61,152 bases of DNA. Source: Candidatus Nanohaloarchaea archaeon. Lineage in GTDB: Archaea; Nanohalarchaeota; Nanosalinia; Nanosalinales; Nanosalinaceae. This document shows positions 38,666 to 48,005 of this stretch, piece after piece. The position numbers and the translations under genes were made by a program. The stretch spans positions 1 to 61,152 of the forward strand of contig JBEQAY010000002.1 of assembly GCA_041640075.1 (NCBI GenBank). The letters are read 5' to 3'. Positions within the stretch are counted from its first letter, which is position 1; each line of letters opens with the position of its first letter. The notes below the pieces were generated by a model. The model was not told where the DNA came from, ran no database searches, and worked only from the letters and a program-made list of their open reading frames with translations.

Positions 38666-40630
38666 ATGATGCCAACCTCAGCAAAAGACGATTCCGGACG
38701 GTTTGACGTCGAATGGGATGAGATAAGAGAATCACAGGCAGAAGATGTAGTGGAGACATTCCCAGAACATGACGACCAGAAAGCAACGGATGAAGAAGAT
38801 TTACAGGAAAGGGACATGATGGGTGCTGAGGCAGAGCACATCGCAGAAAGGGAAAACGGTGGAGTACCTGAACCGGTAACGCGAGACTTCACAAGAAGAC
38901 AAATGGAGGTAATTTCTGAACACCAAACCGCATCAGAAGTAAACCGGATAAATACTGCAGAAAACGATGAGATAGCAAATGTCAAACTTGAATTTGAGAA
39001 TGGTCAAACCGGTATAAGCGATGTAGACGTTGGAGCAGTTGAGAAAGAGGATGTCACAGGACTTGTAAACAGCATTGATGAGGTTGTTGAAAATCTTGAC
39101 TTAGTCGAAGAAGTTACAGCTGAAACCAATCCTGATGAAGACGTGGTTTTCAGGAGACAGGGACACACAACTTCCATGATAATCCGTGGCTCTGGCGAAG
39201 AATATGATTGGGAAAAAGCTGAGGCAGGCATCTACCCAGGGTCCAACATGTTTTCAGGCGCTCCAAGATATCACGCATTTGACGATACCTTTGACGGTGT
39301 AGGACAGGTAGCAGGAACCGGTTCAATACAGGTCACTATGAGACCTAAGATATACGAGGAACACGAAGGTGATCCGGATAAATGGATAAAGGACTTCTCA
39401 GGGGGCGGAGAAAGAATCGGAATGCACGCCTTAAGCCCTCTTATTTACGGGCCTTTCCAGTCATCACCTGTAATAGACGAAGTCTTACCTGAAGGAGTTT
39501 CAGAGGAAGAAGCCAGTGAGGAAGACTTCAAGAAAGTAATAGAAACCCTAAACGGGCGTGACAAGGCTTACGGACAGGGATTCCAGAACGAGCACGATAC
39601 TAAAGGAAAAGGGAAAGATGAGGGAGAGTACGTAACCGAGAACTCCAAGGCTGCTTACTCTCCTGAACTTGCTGAAATAAGGAGCATGGAAGAACAGGTC
39701 GACTTCCCTGCAGATTCTGAGTGGACTTTCTCTGCACCTACCGAAGCAGGCAAGATGAAGGTTGTTGAAGAGGGGGAGACTTATGATCCAGAAGCAGAAT
39801 ATGATACCCTTGCTGATGTTACTTTCCTAGAAGATGACGATAAAGAGTCGATTCGCGTAGGGCATGATAACTGGGAACTTCCTGATGGAAGAAACGTCAT
39901 CAAGACCAATGAGTTCCCGGAGCATGAGAGATTTGAAGGAACAGTGTATGTAGAAGATGAGGAAGGAAATCTTGAGAAAAAGAGAGTCGTCGTGGATTAC
40001 CAGGATGAGGAAATGTTCCCAGACATGGACGAGGAAGAGTTCCAGGAAACTGCTAAAGACCATTATGGAGCAGATGCAACTGCTGTATGGCAATCCTGGC
40101 GAATGCGTCCAAATATGCCCGCCATCGAATACAGGGACATGTGTAACAATCCTTTCAGGGATGCTGGCATAGCAACCCAGGTAGGAGCGTTCAGAAGATG
40201 GAAAGAGATCCAGGAATTCGCAGAGGATGAACTTGGACTCCGTGAAACCGATGCTCAGAGACTTCGCCTCGGAGTCAACGGGATGACAGCAGACCACGAG
40301 AAAGATCCTGAGTACCTCGATAACATCGGACTTGACTACACAATAAACGAAGAGGAGGATATCACACTCCAGGATGCATGGCTCGGAACAGGAATGGAAG
40401 AAGGTCTCCTTGATATAGTATCCGAAGGCGTCGCGGAAATGACAGATGACACCAAGGACGCTTATAGTGTCGGAGAGTACAGAGAAACTATGAAAGAGCT
40501 CCTGGAGAATGGGTTAACACCGGGAGAGATGATGGCCAGAGAGTACGGAGTAGAGATGGAAGGAGACATCCTCTATGAACCTGAAGATGCCGTGGTTGGC
40601 AGAAAAGACGAGGAATATGTAGAGGCCTAA
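38666..40630 (+). CDS. Divergent glutamate-cysteine ligase/GCS2-fold carboxylate-amine ligase A
   Basis: Motifs in family order: GAEAEH, LEFENGQ, TGSIQVT, FQSSP, GRDKAY, WRMRP..IEYRDMCNNP; SD GAGGTG. Confidence 0.7.
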   Translation: MMPTSAKDDSGRFDVEWDEIRESQAEDVVETFPEHDDQKATDEEDLQERDMMGAEAEHIAERENGGVPEPVTRDFTRRQMEVISEHQTASEVNRINTAENDEIANVKLEFENGQTGISDVDVGAVEKEDVTGLVNSIDEVVENLDLVEEVTAETNPDEDVVFRRQGHTTSMIIRGSGEEYDWEKAEAGIYPGSNMFSGAPRYHAFDDTFDGVGQVAGTGSIQVTMRPKIYEEHEGDPDKWIKDFSGGGERIGMHALSPLIYGPFQSSPVIDEVLPEGVSEEEASEEDFKKVIETLNGRDKAYGQGFQNEHDTKGKGKDEGEYVTENSKAAYSPELAEIRSMEEQVDFPADSEWTFSAPTEAGKMKVVEEGETYDPEAEYDTLADVTFLEDDDKESIRVGHDNWELPDGRNVIKTNEFPEHERFEGTVYVEDEEGNLEKKRVVVDYQDEEMFPDMDEEEFQETAKDHYGADATAVWQSWRMRPNMPAIEYRDMCNNPFRDAGIATQVGAFRRWKEIQEFAEDELGLRETDAQRLRLGVNGMTADHEKDPEYLDNIGLDYTINEEEDITLQDAWLGTGMEEGLLDIVSEGVAEMTDDTKDAYSVGEYRETMKELLENGLTPGEMMAREYGVEMEGDILYEPEDAVVGRKDEEYVEA

Positions 40631-40685
40631 CCCCCTCGAAACTTCAGGAACATTTAAAACTGTAAGGTGGTAAATCTTGAACATC

Positions 40686-40775
40686 ATGTTTGAGGCTGGC
40701 AGGCTAAATGATCTAGTATCTGAAGTTAGCGGTGTCAGCCATACTGCTATCATTATTATCTCAATAATTGCTTAA
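40686..40775 (+). CDS. Putative leader micro-ORF 2 (MFEAGRLNDLVSEVSGVSHTAIIIISIIA)
   Basis: TTTAAAA at 40653; Ile-rich end; GC-rich stem follows at 40777-40820. Confidence 0.45.
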   Translation: MFEAGRLNDLVSEVSGVSHTAIIIISIIA

Positions 40776-40882
40776 AGAGGCCTCCTTCCCACAGCGAAAT
40801 GTAGAAGCGGGCGGGGCCTCAAAGAGAAAAATAATTGCCCTGTTTCTGCATTTCAACCAAAAAGAACGGTGTACAATCCCAG

Positions 40883-42907
40883 ATGGAAAATAAGAACAGA
40901 ACAGAATCCGAAAACCAGGACTTGAAGACAAGGACAGCTTCCAGAGTCTCCGAAGAATTCAGGCAAAATCCCCAGAAAAAGTCAGGCGGAGAAGTGGAGG
41001 ACGCCATCCAGCACGAAGACACACTTGAAGCTGCTGGCAGAGAAGACGCACAGGAGAACTTCGAAAACATACTTGAAGACACTGAAGTTGAGACAGAGGA
41101 AAAAACTGTTGACAGCGGGAACGGAGAGGAGCTGAGCGGAGCAACTCTGAAGGATTCTCCGCTTGAAGAAGATCCTGAAGAAGCATTCAATCCTGATATC
41201 GATACCGATTTCAGTCCTCATCAGGGGGAGGTGGCCTCTGCCGTAGTTGATAACCCTGCAGATCTGGTCTACGGCGTTGACAGGCCTAGAAGGATAAGAG
41301 ACAGGAATCTGCCTGAAGGGTTCTCCTCTTTCGAGTACGCACTGAAGCCGGGTATGATGTTCCCGGACTGGGATGGTTCTCACAACCGTGACGAGATGGT
41401 GGACGGAGAACCTGATATGGGTGAAGAAAACAGGATGTGGGATCCAAGATACTTCACCTTTGAACTACTGGATGGCGAGGAATTCCACGCAATGGGAACG
41501 CCAACAGCCACTCAGCTGAATTCAGGAACCCCTGTAGGAGAAGATATGGATGCGAACGAGTTTTTCTACAAGTTCTTCAACGGAGGGGAAAAAGCCAGCG
41601 TACCGGAGATAGCGATGGGGCTCAGCACTCTTTTCGATGCTGACCCTCTTTTCTCAGGTAATCGAGAAGATGGATACGAGATAGAGGTAGAGTCCGGAAG
41701 AGACATGATATACGATCTATTTGTCTCGGAGTCTGATGCTGTGTCCCGTAAGGAAGCTCATGAGAGATGGGGAGACGAATTGGTTGAAGCTCTCCCTACA
41801 AACGAGAACTACGGACGGATAGAGGACTTCACTAATCTTTCAGAGGATCAGGCAGTTGAGGATTACGTGGATATAGTTATGGACCGTCCTGCAAAACTTG
41901 CTCCCGCACTTGAACCAGAGCAGATAAAGTTCGAGAACCCTGAGGAGGTTCTTGACGAAGAAGACCTAGACGAGGGTGATGACTCTCTTGAATACCTTCA
42001 GGCCAAGGACGATGACCGAGAGTGGGAGAAGCAGTGGGCAGTCTTCGACCAGTCAAGACAGGAGATGAACCTGGAGAAACTTGAAGAAGAGCGAAAGTAC
42101 AAGGGCAAGATACTCCTTGACGGCGAACTGGTGGATGTTACAGTCGACCATTCTTCGATGGAGGACGAGGAATTTGATGAACTTATGGACACCTACTTCG
42201 ACTTCCAGAACACCATGGTTCGTCCGGATGTCGCACCGAAAACCAACGGTGTAGTCGAGTCCAGAAACTTCAGCCACAGCGACAGGACGTATCACGCCTT
42301 GCTTACCCAGAAAGCGATGCTGGACAACTTCCAGGAACTTCAGGACAGATTCTTTGAAGCCGGCATGAACTCGGGGAACGCCGAGGAGATGAGGGAAAGA
42401 TTTGTACATGACGGTGTTGACGCAGAACTTCCGGATTACAGTCCTGCAGAGGTTGAAGGAAAGGATTTCTACGCTCCTGAAGAAGATAAGGAACCAGGAA
42501 CTATGCGCGAGTTCTACAGGTTCGAAGTCCTACCTGTACTCGAGGAAGGTCTGCGTGAGGCTTTCACCGAAGAAACGCCTTATGTAGTGCAGAAGATGGT
42601 GGAAGACTTTGAATATGATGACTTTGAAAGAGACGTGCTATCGGAGTTCGACGATATGGATGAGTTCCTGGAATACCAGGATCTTGCAGAGGATGTCGAG
42701 TATAGTTCTTCAGAAGATTACAGTGAAGAAGCTGAGGCATTCGCTAACTGGTTCACTGAAACTGCTTATCGCCAGGAGATGGAGCGCTGGCTTGACCCAG
42801 AAACTCCTACAGTAAACGAGGAATTAAGAGACTATGCAAACAGCCAGTCGCCAGAGGAAGCAATTAAAAGAAAGAAAAGAGCATCACACCATAGCTACGA
42901 GGCGTAA
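40883..42907 (+). CDS. Divergent GCS2-fold carboxylate-amine ligase B
   Basis: VETEEKTVD, HQGEVAS, TATQLN, FDADP, SGRDMIY, RPDVAPK..VVESRNF. Confidence 0.6.
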   Translation: MENKNRTESENQDLKTRTASRVSEEFRQNPQKKSGGEVEDAIQHEDTLEAAGREDAQENFENILEDTEVETEEKTVDSGNGEELSGATLKDSPLEEDPEEAFNPDIDTDFSPHQGEVASAVVDNPADLVYGVDRPRRIRDRNLPEGFSSFEYALKPGMMFPDWDGSHNRDEMVDGEPDMGEENRMWDPRYFTFELLDGEEFHAMGTPTATQLNSGTPVGEDMDANEFFYKFFNGGEKASVPEIAMGLSTLFDADPLFSGNREDGYEIEVESGRDMIYDLFVSESDAVSRKEAHERWGDELVEALPTNENYGRIEDFTNLSEDQAVEDYVDIVMDRPAKLAPALEPEQIKFENPEEVLDEEDLDEGDDSLEYLQAKDDDREWEKQWAVFDQSRQEMNLEKLEEERKYKGKILLDGELVDVTVDHSSMEDEEFDELMDTYFDFQNTMVRPDVAPKTNGVVESRNFSHSDRTYHALLTQKAMLDNFQELQDRFFEAGMNSGNAEEMRERFVHDGVDAELPDYSPAEVEGKDFYAPEEDKEPGTMREFYRFEVLPVLEEGLREAFTEETPYVVQKMVEDFEYDDFERDVLSEFDDMDEFLEYQDLAEDVEYSSSEDYSEEAEAFANWFTETAYRQEMERWLDPETPTVNEELRDYANSQSPEEAIKRKKRASHHSYEA

Positions 42908-42910
42908 AAA

Positions 42911-44023
42911 ATGAAGACAGAAAAGCTTGCGGAACAGCTCATATCATACAAAACAGTCTCACCGGTCGAAGAACCTGAAATATTCGAGTTCGTGAAGGGA
43001 GTGCTTGAAGAGGAAGGTATAGAGGCCGAGATAAGAGAGATCGATGGCGTCTACAACCTCGTAGCTGAAATCGGTACGGGAGACGTCTCAGTATGCCTCA
43101 ACGGCCATCTTGACGTCGTGGAGCCGGAAGGAGAGTGGAGCGTGACAGAGCCTTTTGAACCAAAGGTAGAGGACGGAAAGCTCTACGGAAGAGGCGCCAC
43201 AGACATGAAATCAGAGGCAGCAGCCCAGATAAAGGCGTTCCTAGATCTCCACAGAGACAGCAACTTTGAAGGAAGAGCAGTCCTTATGCTGGTCGGAGAT
43301 GAGGAGATAGGAAGCTTCAACGGATCCAAGCCACTGGTCAAGGAGTACTACGGTAAAGAAGAAGGATTTGACTATGTCATAGTCGGCGAACCAACAGATC
43401 TGGATATACAGGTCGGTACACGTGGAGTGCTCTGGCTGAACGTCTTACTCGAAGGTGAAGGCGTACACGCAAGTAGAGCTCACATGGCAAAGATAAACGT
43501 GATGGATGAGCTGCCGGAAGCGCTTGATAGGCTCAACAGCCTTGAATTATCCTACAAAAATGATGGAGTGCTCCCAAACCCGTCAAAGGAAGTAACAAAG
43601 GTCAAAAGTACGGAGACATACAACAGCGTCCCCGGACAGGTCGAGATAGGTGTAGACATCCGTTACCTGCCCTCACAGAGCGTCGACCAGATAGTCGAAG
43701 AAGTAGAGGCGGCTCTGGACGGACTGGACTGCGGAGTGAAGGTTGAAGTCGAGCACGACCACGGAGGTGCCTTCGAACTTGAAGATGAAAAATTCAGGGA
43801 AGTGGCGAGAGACGAACTCGAGAACGTGAGAGGAAAGGAACCGGAGTACATAACAGAGGGTGGAGCCAGTGACGGAAGATTCTTCTCAGAGCAAGGAACG
43901 CCGTTCATAGAACTCGGACTGAACCAGGAGTCCGTACACGCCGAGAACGAGTACTGCGACCTAGAAAAACTCAGGAAACTCAGGGAAGCATACTACATGA
44001 TTGCCCGGGACCTCAACGAATAG
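42911..44023 (+). CDS. M20 metallopeptidase (DapE/ArgE-like)
   Basis: GHLDVV, YGRGATDMK, DEE, GEPT, HAS, GGASDGRFF, HAENE. Confidence 0.9.
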   Translation: MKTEKLAEQLISYKTVSPVEEPEIFEFVKGVLEEEGIEAEIREIDGVYNLVAEIGTGDVSVCLNGHLDVVEPEGEWSVTEPFEPKVEDGKLYGRGATDMKSEAAAQIKAFLDLHRDSNFEGRAVLMLVGDEEIGSFNGSKPLVKEYYGKEEGFDYVIVGEPTDLDIQVGTRGVLWLNVLLEGEGVHASRAHMAKINVMDELPEALDRLNSLELSYKNDGVLPNPSKEVTKVKSTETYNSVPGQVEIGVDIRYLPSQSVDQIVEEVEAALDGLDCGVKVEVEHDHGGAFELEDEKFREVARDELENVRGKEPEYITEGGASDGRFFSEQGTPFIELGLNQESVHAENEYCDLEKLRKLREAYYMIARDLNE

Positions 44024-44088
44024 TACTTCTCTAGAAACACATCGTCTGGCACAGAACCTTTTAAACATTTGTTACTTATAGGTTAGGT

Positions 44089-44166
44089 ATGAACGCTGTC
44101 GCAAATTATACAGTACAGCTTTCTTCTTTCAGCGACAGCTTCAGCTTTATGTTCATGTTTATATGA
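44089..44166 (+). CDS. Putative leader micro-ORF 3 (MNAVANYTVQLSSFSDSFSFMFMFI)
   Basis: TTTTAAA at 44059; Phe-rich end; 9-bp stem follows at 44170-44200. Confidence 0.45.
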   Translation: MNAVANYTVQLSSFSDSFSFMFMFI

Positions 44167-44278
44167 GATTCCTCATTCCACAGATCTAGATGAATGAGGA
44201 CTTCTTGATCGACTTCAAAACAAGAACACAATCTATACAACAAAAAACAACACAGTACAACGCAAGAGGATAACAAAA

Positions 44279-45628
44279 ATGAGAGAAAACACGGCAAGAA
44301 CTTCCGAAGAAACCTGGGGAGACATAGACACTGCTCTGGAGTATCCCCACTCCGTCATAACCAGTGTCGACACCAAACTCCTTTACAACGAAGACAAGGA
44401 CCGGTTCGAGGCAGCAATGGTTGGAGACTTCAATGCTTTCCCTGAAGGACTCTCCCTTCAGAGCAACTGGGATGAAAACGGAGACCTTGTGCGTATGACT
44501 GCAGAGGCACTGGTAGACCATGTTCCCGGAGAGAATCCGACTGTAGCGGTTAATAAGCCAGGACATATCTACAACAGCGACAACTCTGCGATCATAGACG
44601 GTAAGGACGATCTCATCGAAGAAATCGAAAGGCTCGTAGATGAAACCTACGAAGTCATGGACGGTCAGGGACTTGCATCAGCAGAAGATGGCTCAGAGAT
44701 GCAGGTCAACGGACAGCCTGTTGACGGCTACGTAAACATCAGTGACCGGGCAAAAGGACTTGAATCGGTATCCGATGCCCATCTGGAGCATGGTGCACAG
44801 GCTCCGACAGCAGTCTGGAACACAGAGGTACCTCAGACCGGTAAGATCGGTCTCCTGGAGACAGCTGCAGATGTGACTGCTGACATAGAACACGTGCACA
44901 CTCCAGAATTCTTCACAGTTGAGTCTCCGGAGGAGATAGTGGACTACTTCAGCGAAGGAAACTCTGTCGTGCTGAAGGCCGACCAGTACGGCACACACGG
45001 GGACGACATTGTCTCACTGGACTGGGAGGAGTACCAGGAAGCATCCGAGATGGGCTGGATTGGCCTGGAGCATGCAAAAGGCCTTGTCGAGTCTCCCCTT
45101 GATTATGTCGAGACCAAGATCGAGAACGAGGAGAGGCGTGTCCAAGCAAAAGGTAACCGCCCGGATAACTTCAGGCTGTATGAGGAGGGTGAGTTCAAGG
45201 GTCCAGGACCTGGTCTTGTGGAGGAAGCTGTCGCAGGAACATACGAGATAGATGGAGATACATTTACCGTGGTTGACAGGGACGATCAGCCTATGGACTT
45301 CGTTCCCGTCACGATCTACGACCCAGAGACGAGAGATGCTGGAGTAGAGTCATACCTAGTCAGGGCTTCAGCAACAGAAGACCTGAACGCGAACAGAGGG
45401 TTCGCAAACTTCGATCCCAAGCATATCAGGCACGCCTGGGACCAGGGATTCGACGAAGTCTACGAGGACGGCAGCGGAGCACTACAGGACACCCTTGAAG
45501 AGATCGCAGGTAGACCTGTTGATCTCGAGGAAGAAGTCATTCCTGTACTTGATGAGGCAGGTCAGGCCGCTTACTCAACCAGGAACGCCTCCTCGTACAA
45601 AGGAGTCCAGGATAGAGGTGCTCCATAA
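44279..45628 (+). CDS. Circularly permuted ATP-grasp ligase-like protein
   Basis: N-terminal SVD...GDFNAFP.G (normally the C-terminal D..ExN motif); central TP, VVLKADQYGTHG, LVEEAV, R...NANRG. Confidence 0.6.
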   Translation: MRENTARTSEETWGDIDTALEYPHSVITSVDTKLLYNEDKDRFEAAMVGDFNAFPEGLSLQSNWDENGDLVRMTAEALVDHVPGENPTVAVNKPGHIYNSDNSAIIDGKDDLIEEIERLVDETYEVMDGQGLASAEDGSEMQVNGQPVDGYVNISDRAKGLESVSDAHLEHGAQAPTAVWNTEVPQTGKIGLLETAADVTADIEHVHTPEFFTVESPEEIVDYFSEGNSVVLKADQYGTHGDDIVSLDWEEYQEASEMGWIGLEHAKGLVESPLDYVETKIENEERRVQAKGNRPDNFRLYEEGEFKGPGPGLVEEAVAGTYEIDGDTFTVVDRDDQPMDFVPVTIYDPETRDAGVESYLVRASATEDLNANRGFANFDPKHIRHAWDQGFDEVYEDGSGALQDTLEEIAGRPVDLEEEVIPVLDEAGQAAYSTRNASSYKGVQDRGAP

Positions 45629-45669
45629 AAACCCTCCATCTCTTATTTCTTCAGATAAAATACGTCTGT

Positions 45670-46617
45670 ATGAATCTTTACGAAGGAGCCGAGACCATAA
45701 TCAACCAGTGTCTTAAAGTCAAAGTGGATGAAAAAGTCGTAGTTCTGAACGATTCAAACGATGAAGAACTTGTAGAATCTCTTCTGGACGTTCTAGCAGA
45801 CAGAGGTATCGAACATGAACTAGTGACATATGAGGAACCAGAAAAACAGGGTCAGGAACCTCCAACACTGGTGGCGAAGAAGATGAGGGAATCAGACGTC
45901 TTCATCGCACCAACAATGAAGTCACTGAGCTGGACCGATGCCAGGATAGAGGCAACAGAAAACGGGGCTAGAGGAGCAACACTTCCAAGTATAAACAGAG
46001 AAATATGGCTTGGAGCACTCCAAGCAGACTACGAGCGGGTGGCAGAAATAACTGACAGTGCAAAAAAACTGCTCGAGAATGTAGAGGAGGTCAGGATAGA
46101 GAGTCCAAGCGGAACAGACCTGAAAGTAAAACTGGGAGACAGACTTGTACCTGGTAAGGGTATAGTAACAGATTCAGGCTCTTTCTCGAACCTGCCAGCA
46201 GGAGAAGTGTACACAGCACCACTGGACGCCAAAGGCGTAATGGTGATCGATAACTTCGTTACCAAAGGTGAAGGAACAAAAGTTAGGATAGAAGACGGCA
46301 AAGTAACCGAGATAATCAATGGCGAAAACAAGGAGAAAATTCAGGAAGCCATAGAGGATATAGAGAACGGTGAAAACATCGCAGAGTTTGGCTTCGGGAC
46401 AAATCCTCAGGCAGAGATTATTGGAAATGTTTTGCAGGATGAAAAAGTTCTGGGAACAGTCCACATCGCCATGGGAAACTCTATGCCGATCGCAGAAAAA
46501 GAAGAAAACGGTTTAGAGTCAGATATCCACTGGGACAACGTTATAGAAGACCCAACAGTCTGGTTCGATGATAAGAAAGTTCTAGACAGAGGTAAACCTA
46601 TCTTTCTAGGAGAGTAG
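45670..46617 (+). CDS. M29 (AmpS-type) aminopeptidase
   Basis: SGTDL, NLPAGEVYTAP, IAEFGFGTNP, DEKVLGTVHIAMG, SDIHWD. Confidence 0.9.
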   Translation: MNLYEGAETIINQCLKVKVDEKVVVLNDSNDEELVESLLDVLADRGIEHELVTYEEPEKQGQEPPTLVAKKMRESDVFIAPTMKSLSWTDARIEATENGARGATLPSINREIWLGALQADYERVAEITDSAKKLLENVEEVRIESPSGTDLKVKLGDRLVPGKGIVTDSGSFSNLPAGEVYTAPLDAKGVMVIDNFVTKGEGTKVRIEDGKVTEIINGENKEKIQEAIEDIENGENIAEFGFGTNPQAEIIGNVLQDEKVLGTVHIAMGNSMPIAEKEENGLESDIHWDNVIEDPTVWFDDKKVLDRGKPIFLGE

Positions 46618-46628
46618 AGAGTAAAACT

Positions 46629-47912
46629 CTACTTCTCCGATCTTTCAAATTTTCCGCTTCTTACCTGGGCTTCCTCCATAACCTCTTCTCTATCCAGACC
46701 TAGAACCTTGCCCCTGTCCACGACTTCATCACCGTTCACAAAGACTTTCTCGGGATGTCCCGTGTAAGAGAAAACGAGGTTTGAGACCAAACCTGTTTTA
46801 CCGTGGAACGGTTTCATCTCCGGCCTCTCCATATCTATAATCAGGAGATCCGCTCTCTTCCCTTCTTCGATAGAACCGATCTCATCCTCCAGTCCAAGCG
46901 CTCTGGCTCCGTTGATCGTAGCCATATCCATAACTTGCTGTTCGTTGATGTCCTCGGGGCTTTCAAGTTTGTGTACAAGTGCCGAGGTTTTCATCTCCTC
47001 GAAGAGATTGAAGTTATTGTTTGAAGCTGGTCCATCAGTTCCAAGCGCTACGTTGACGCCTTTTTCTAACAGTTCAGGGATCTCTGCGATGCCGCTGCCG
47101 AGTTTGAGGTTTGCAGCCGGATTGTGTGCGACGTTTGCTTCCCTATCCTCGAAAAGTTTCTTGTCTTCTTCTGAGAGCCAGGCAGCATGCGCGGCAACTA
47201 CACTTGAATCCAGAAGGCCGTGTTCGTCAAGGTACTGTGTCGGTGTCAAGCCGTGTTCTGCCTCGTGGTCTCTGTTCTCCTTCTCGGTCTCGGAGACATG
47301 TATGTGGTATGGTACATCCTTTTCCTCAGCGTATTCTTTCATCTCCTTCAGAAGTTCCTCACTGCAGGAGTAGACAGCGTGTGGGGCGATACCAGGAGTC
47401 ACGAGCTCATGGGCAGAATATTTTTCAACGGCTTTCTTAGCCTCTTCTATTCTTGCTTCTCCGCCATCATCCCAGTCGAACAGTCCTCTGGAAAGTACGG
47501 CTCTTATACCGGTTTCCTCTACAGCTTCCACGATCTGATCGATCCCCTCGTACATGTCGTTGAAACATGTGGTCCCTGTCTCCAGCATCTCTACACATGC
47601 CAGCCTGGCACCCTGCTTCAGATCCTCTTCATCCATAGCTTCCTCTGCAGGGAAGATATCCTCCTGCAGCCAGTCCTCAAGCTCCTTGTTGTCGGAGATA
47701 CCTCTCAGAAGAGACATTGAGGCATGAGTATGCGCATTAACCATGCCAGGCATGACCAGTTTACCTGAACAGTCCACAACCTCTTCACCTTCTTTAGATT
47801 CCAGTTCCCCAATTTCAGCGATCTCTGTACCAACTATCCGTAGATCAGTTTTTTCCAGAATTTCTCTTTCCGGGTTCTGTGTGACGAGGAAACGAATATT
47901 TTGAAGTAGCAT
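46629..47912 (-). CDS. mtaD: Amidohydrolase, MTA/SAH deaminase-like
   Basis: NAHTH, GTTCFNDMY, APHAVY, HIHVSET, HNPAANLKL, GTDGPASNN. Confidence 0.85.
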   Translation of the reverse strand: MLLQNIRFLVTQNPEREILEKTDLRIVGTEIAEIGELESKEGEEVVDCSGKLVMPGMVNAHTHASMSLLRGISDNKELEDWLQEDIFPAEEAMDEEDLKQGARLACVEMLETGTTCFNDMYEGIDQIVEAVEETGIRAVLSRGLFDWDDGGEARIEEAKKAVEKYSAHELVTPGIAPHAVYSCSEELLKEMKEYAEEKDVPYHIHVSETEKENRDHEAEHGLTPTQYLDEHGLLDSSVVAAHAAWLSEEDKKLFEDREANVAHNPAANLKLGSGIAEIPELLEKGVNVALGTDGPASNNNFNLFEEMKTSALVHKLESPEDINEQQVMDMATINGARALGLEDEIGSIEEGKRADLLIIDMERPEMKPFHGKTGLVSNLVFSYTGHPEKVFVNGDEVVDRGKVLGLDREEVMEEAQVRSGKFERSEK

Positions 47913-48005
47913 AAAAACGTGTTTTTGAGAGGAAGAGTTAAGAAAAAATCCCGATAGGTTAAATCAGTTCCGCCTTAAATAGTTCTTGAAGAGTTGTATT
48001 CTAAA

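Noticed and set aside
38401-44278. A canonical Pup or SAMP modifier gene next to the GCS2-like pair
   Set aside because: None of the small ORFs I read ends in GGE/GGQ or GG, so the Pup analogy stays a hypothesis
38666-46617. LysW/LysX/LysK carrier-type lysine or arginine pathway as the explanation for ATP-grasp + M20
   Set aside because: No LysW-like small zinc protein ending in EDWGE and no lysZ/lysY/lysJ; lysine genes here are of the DAP type
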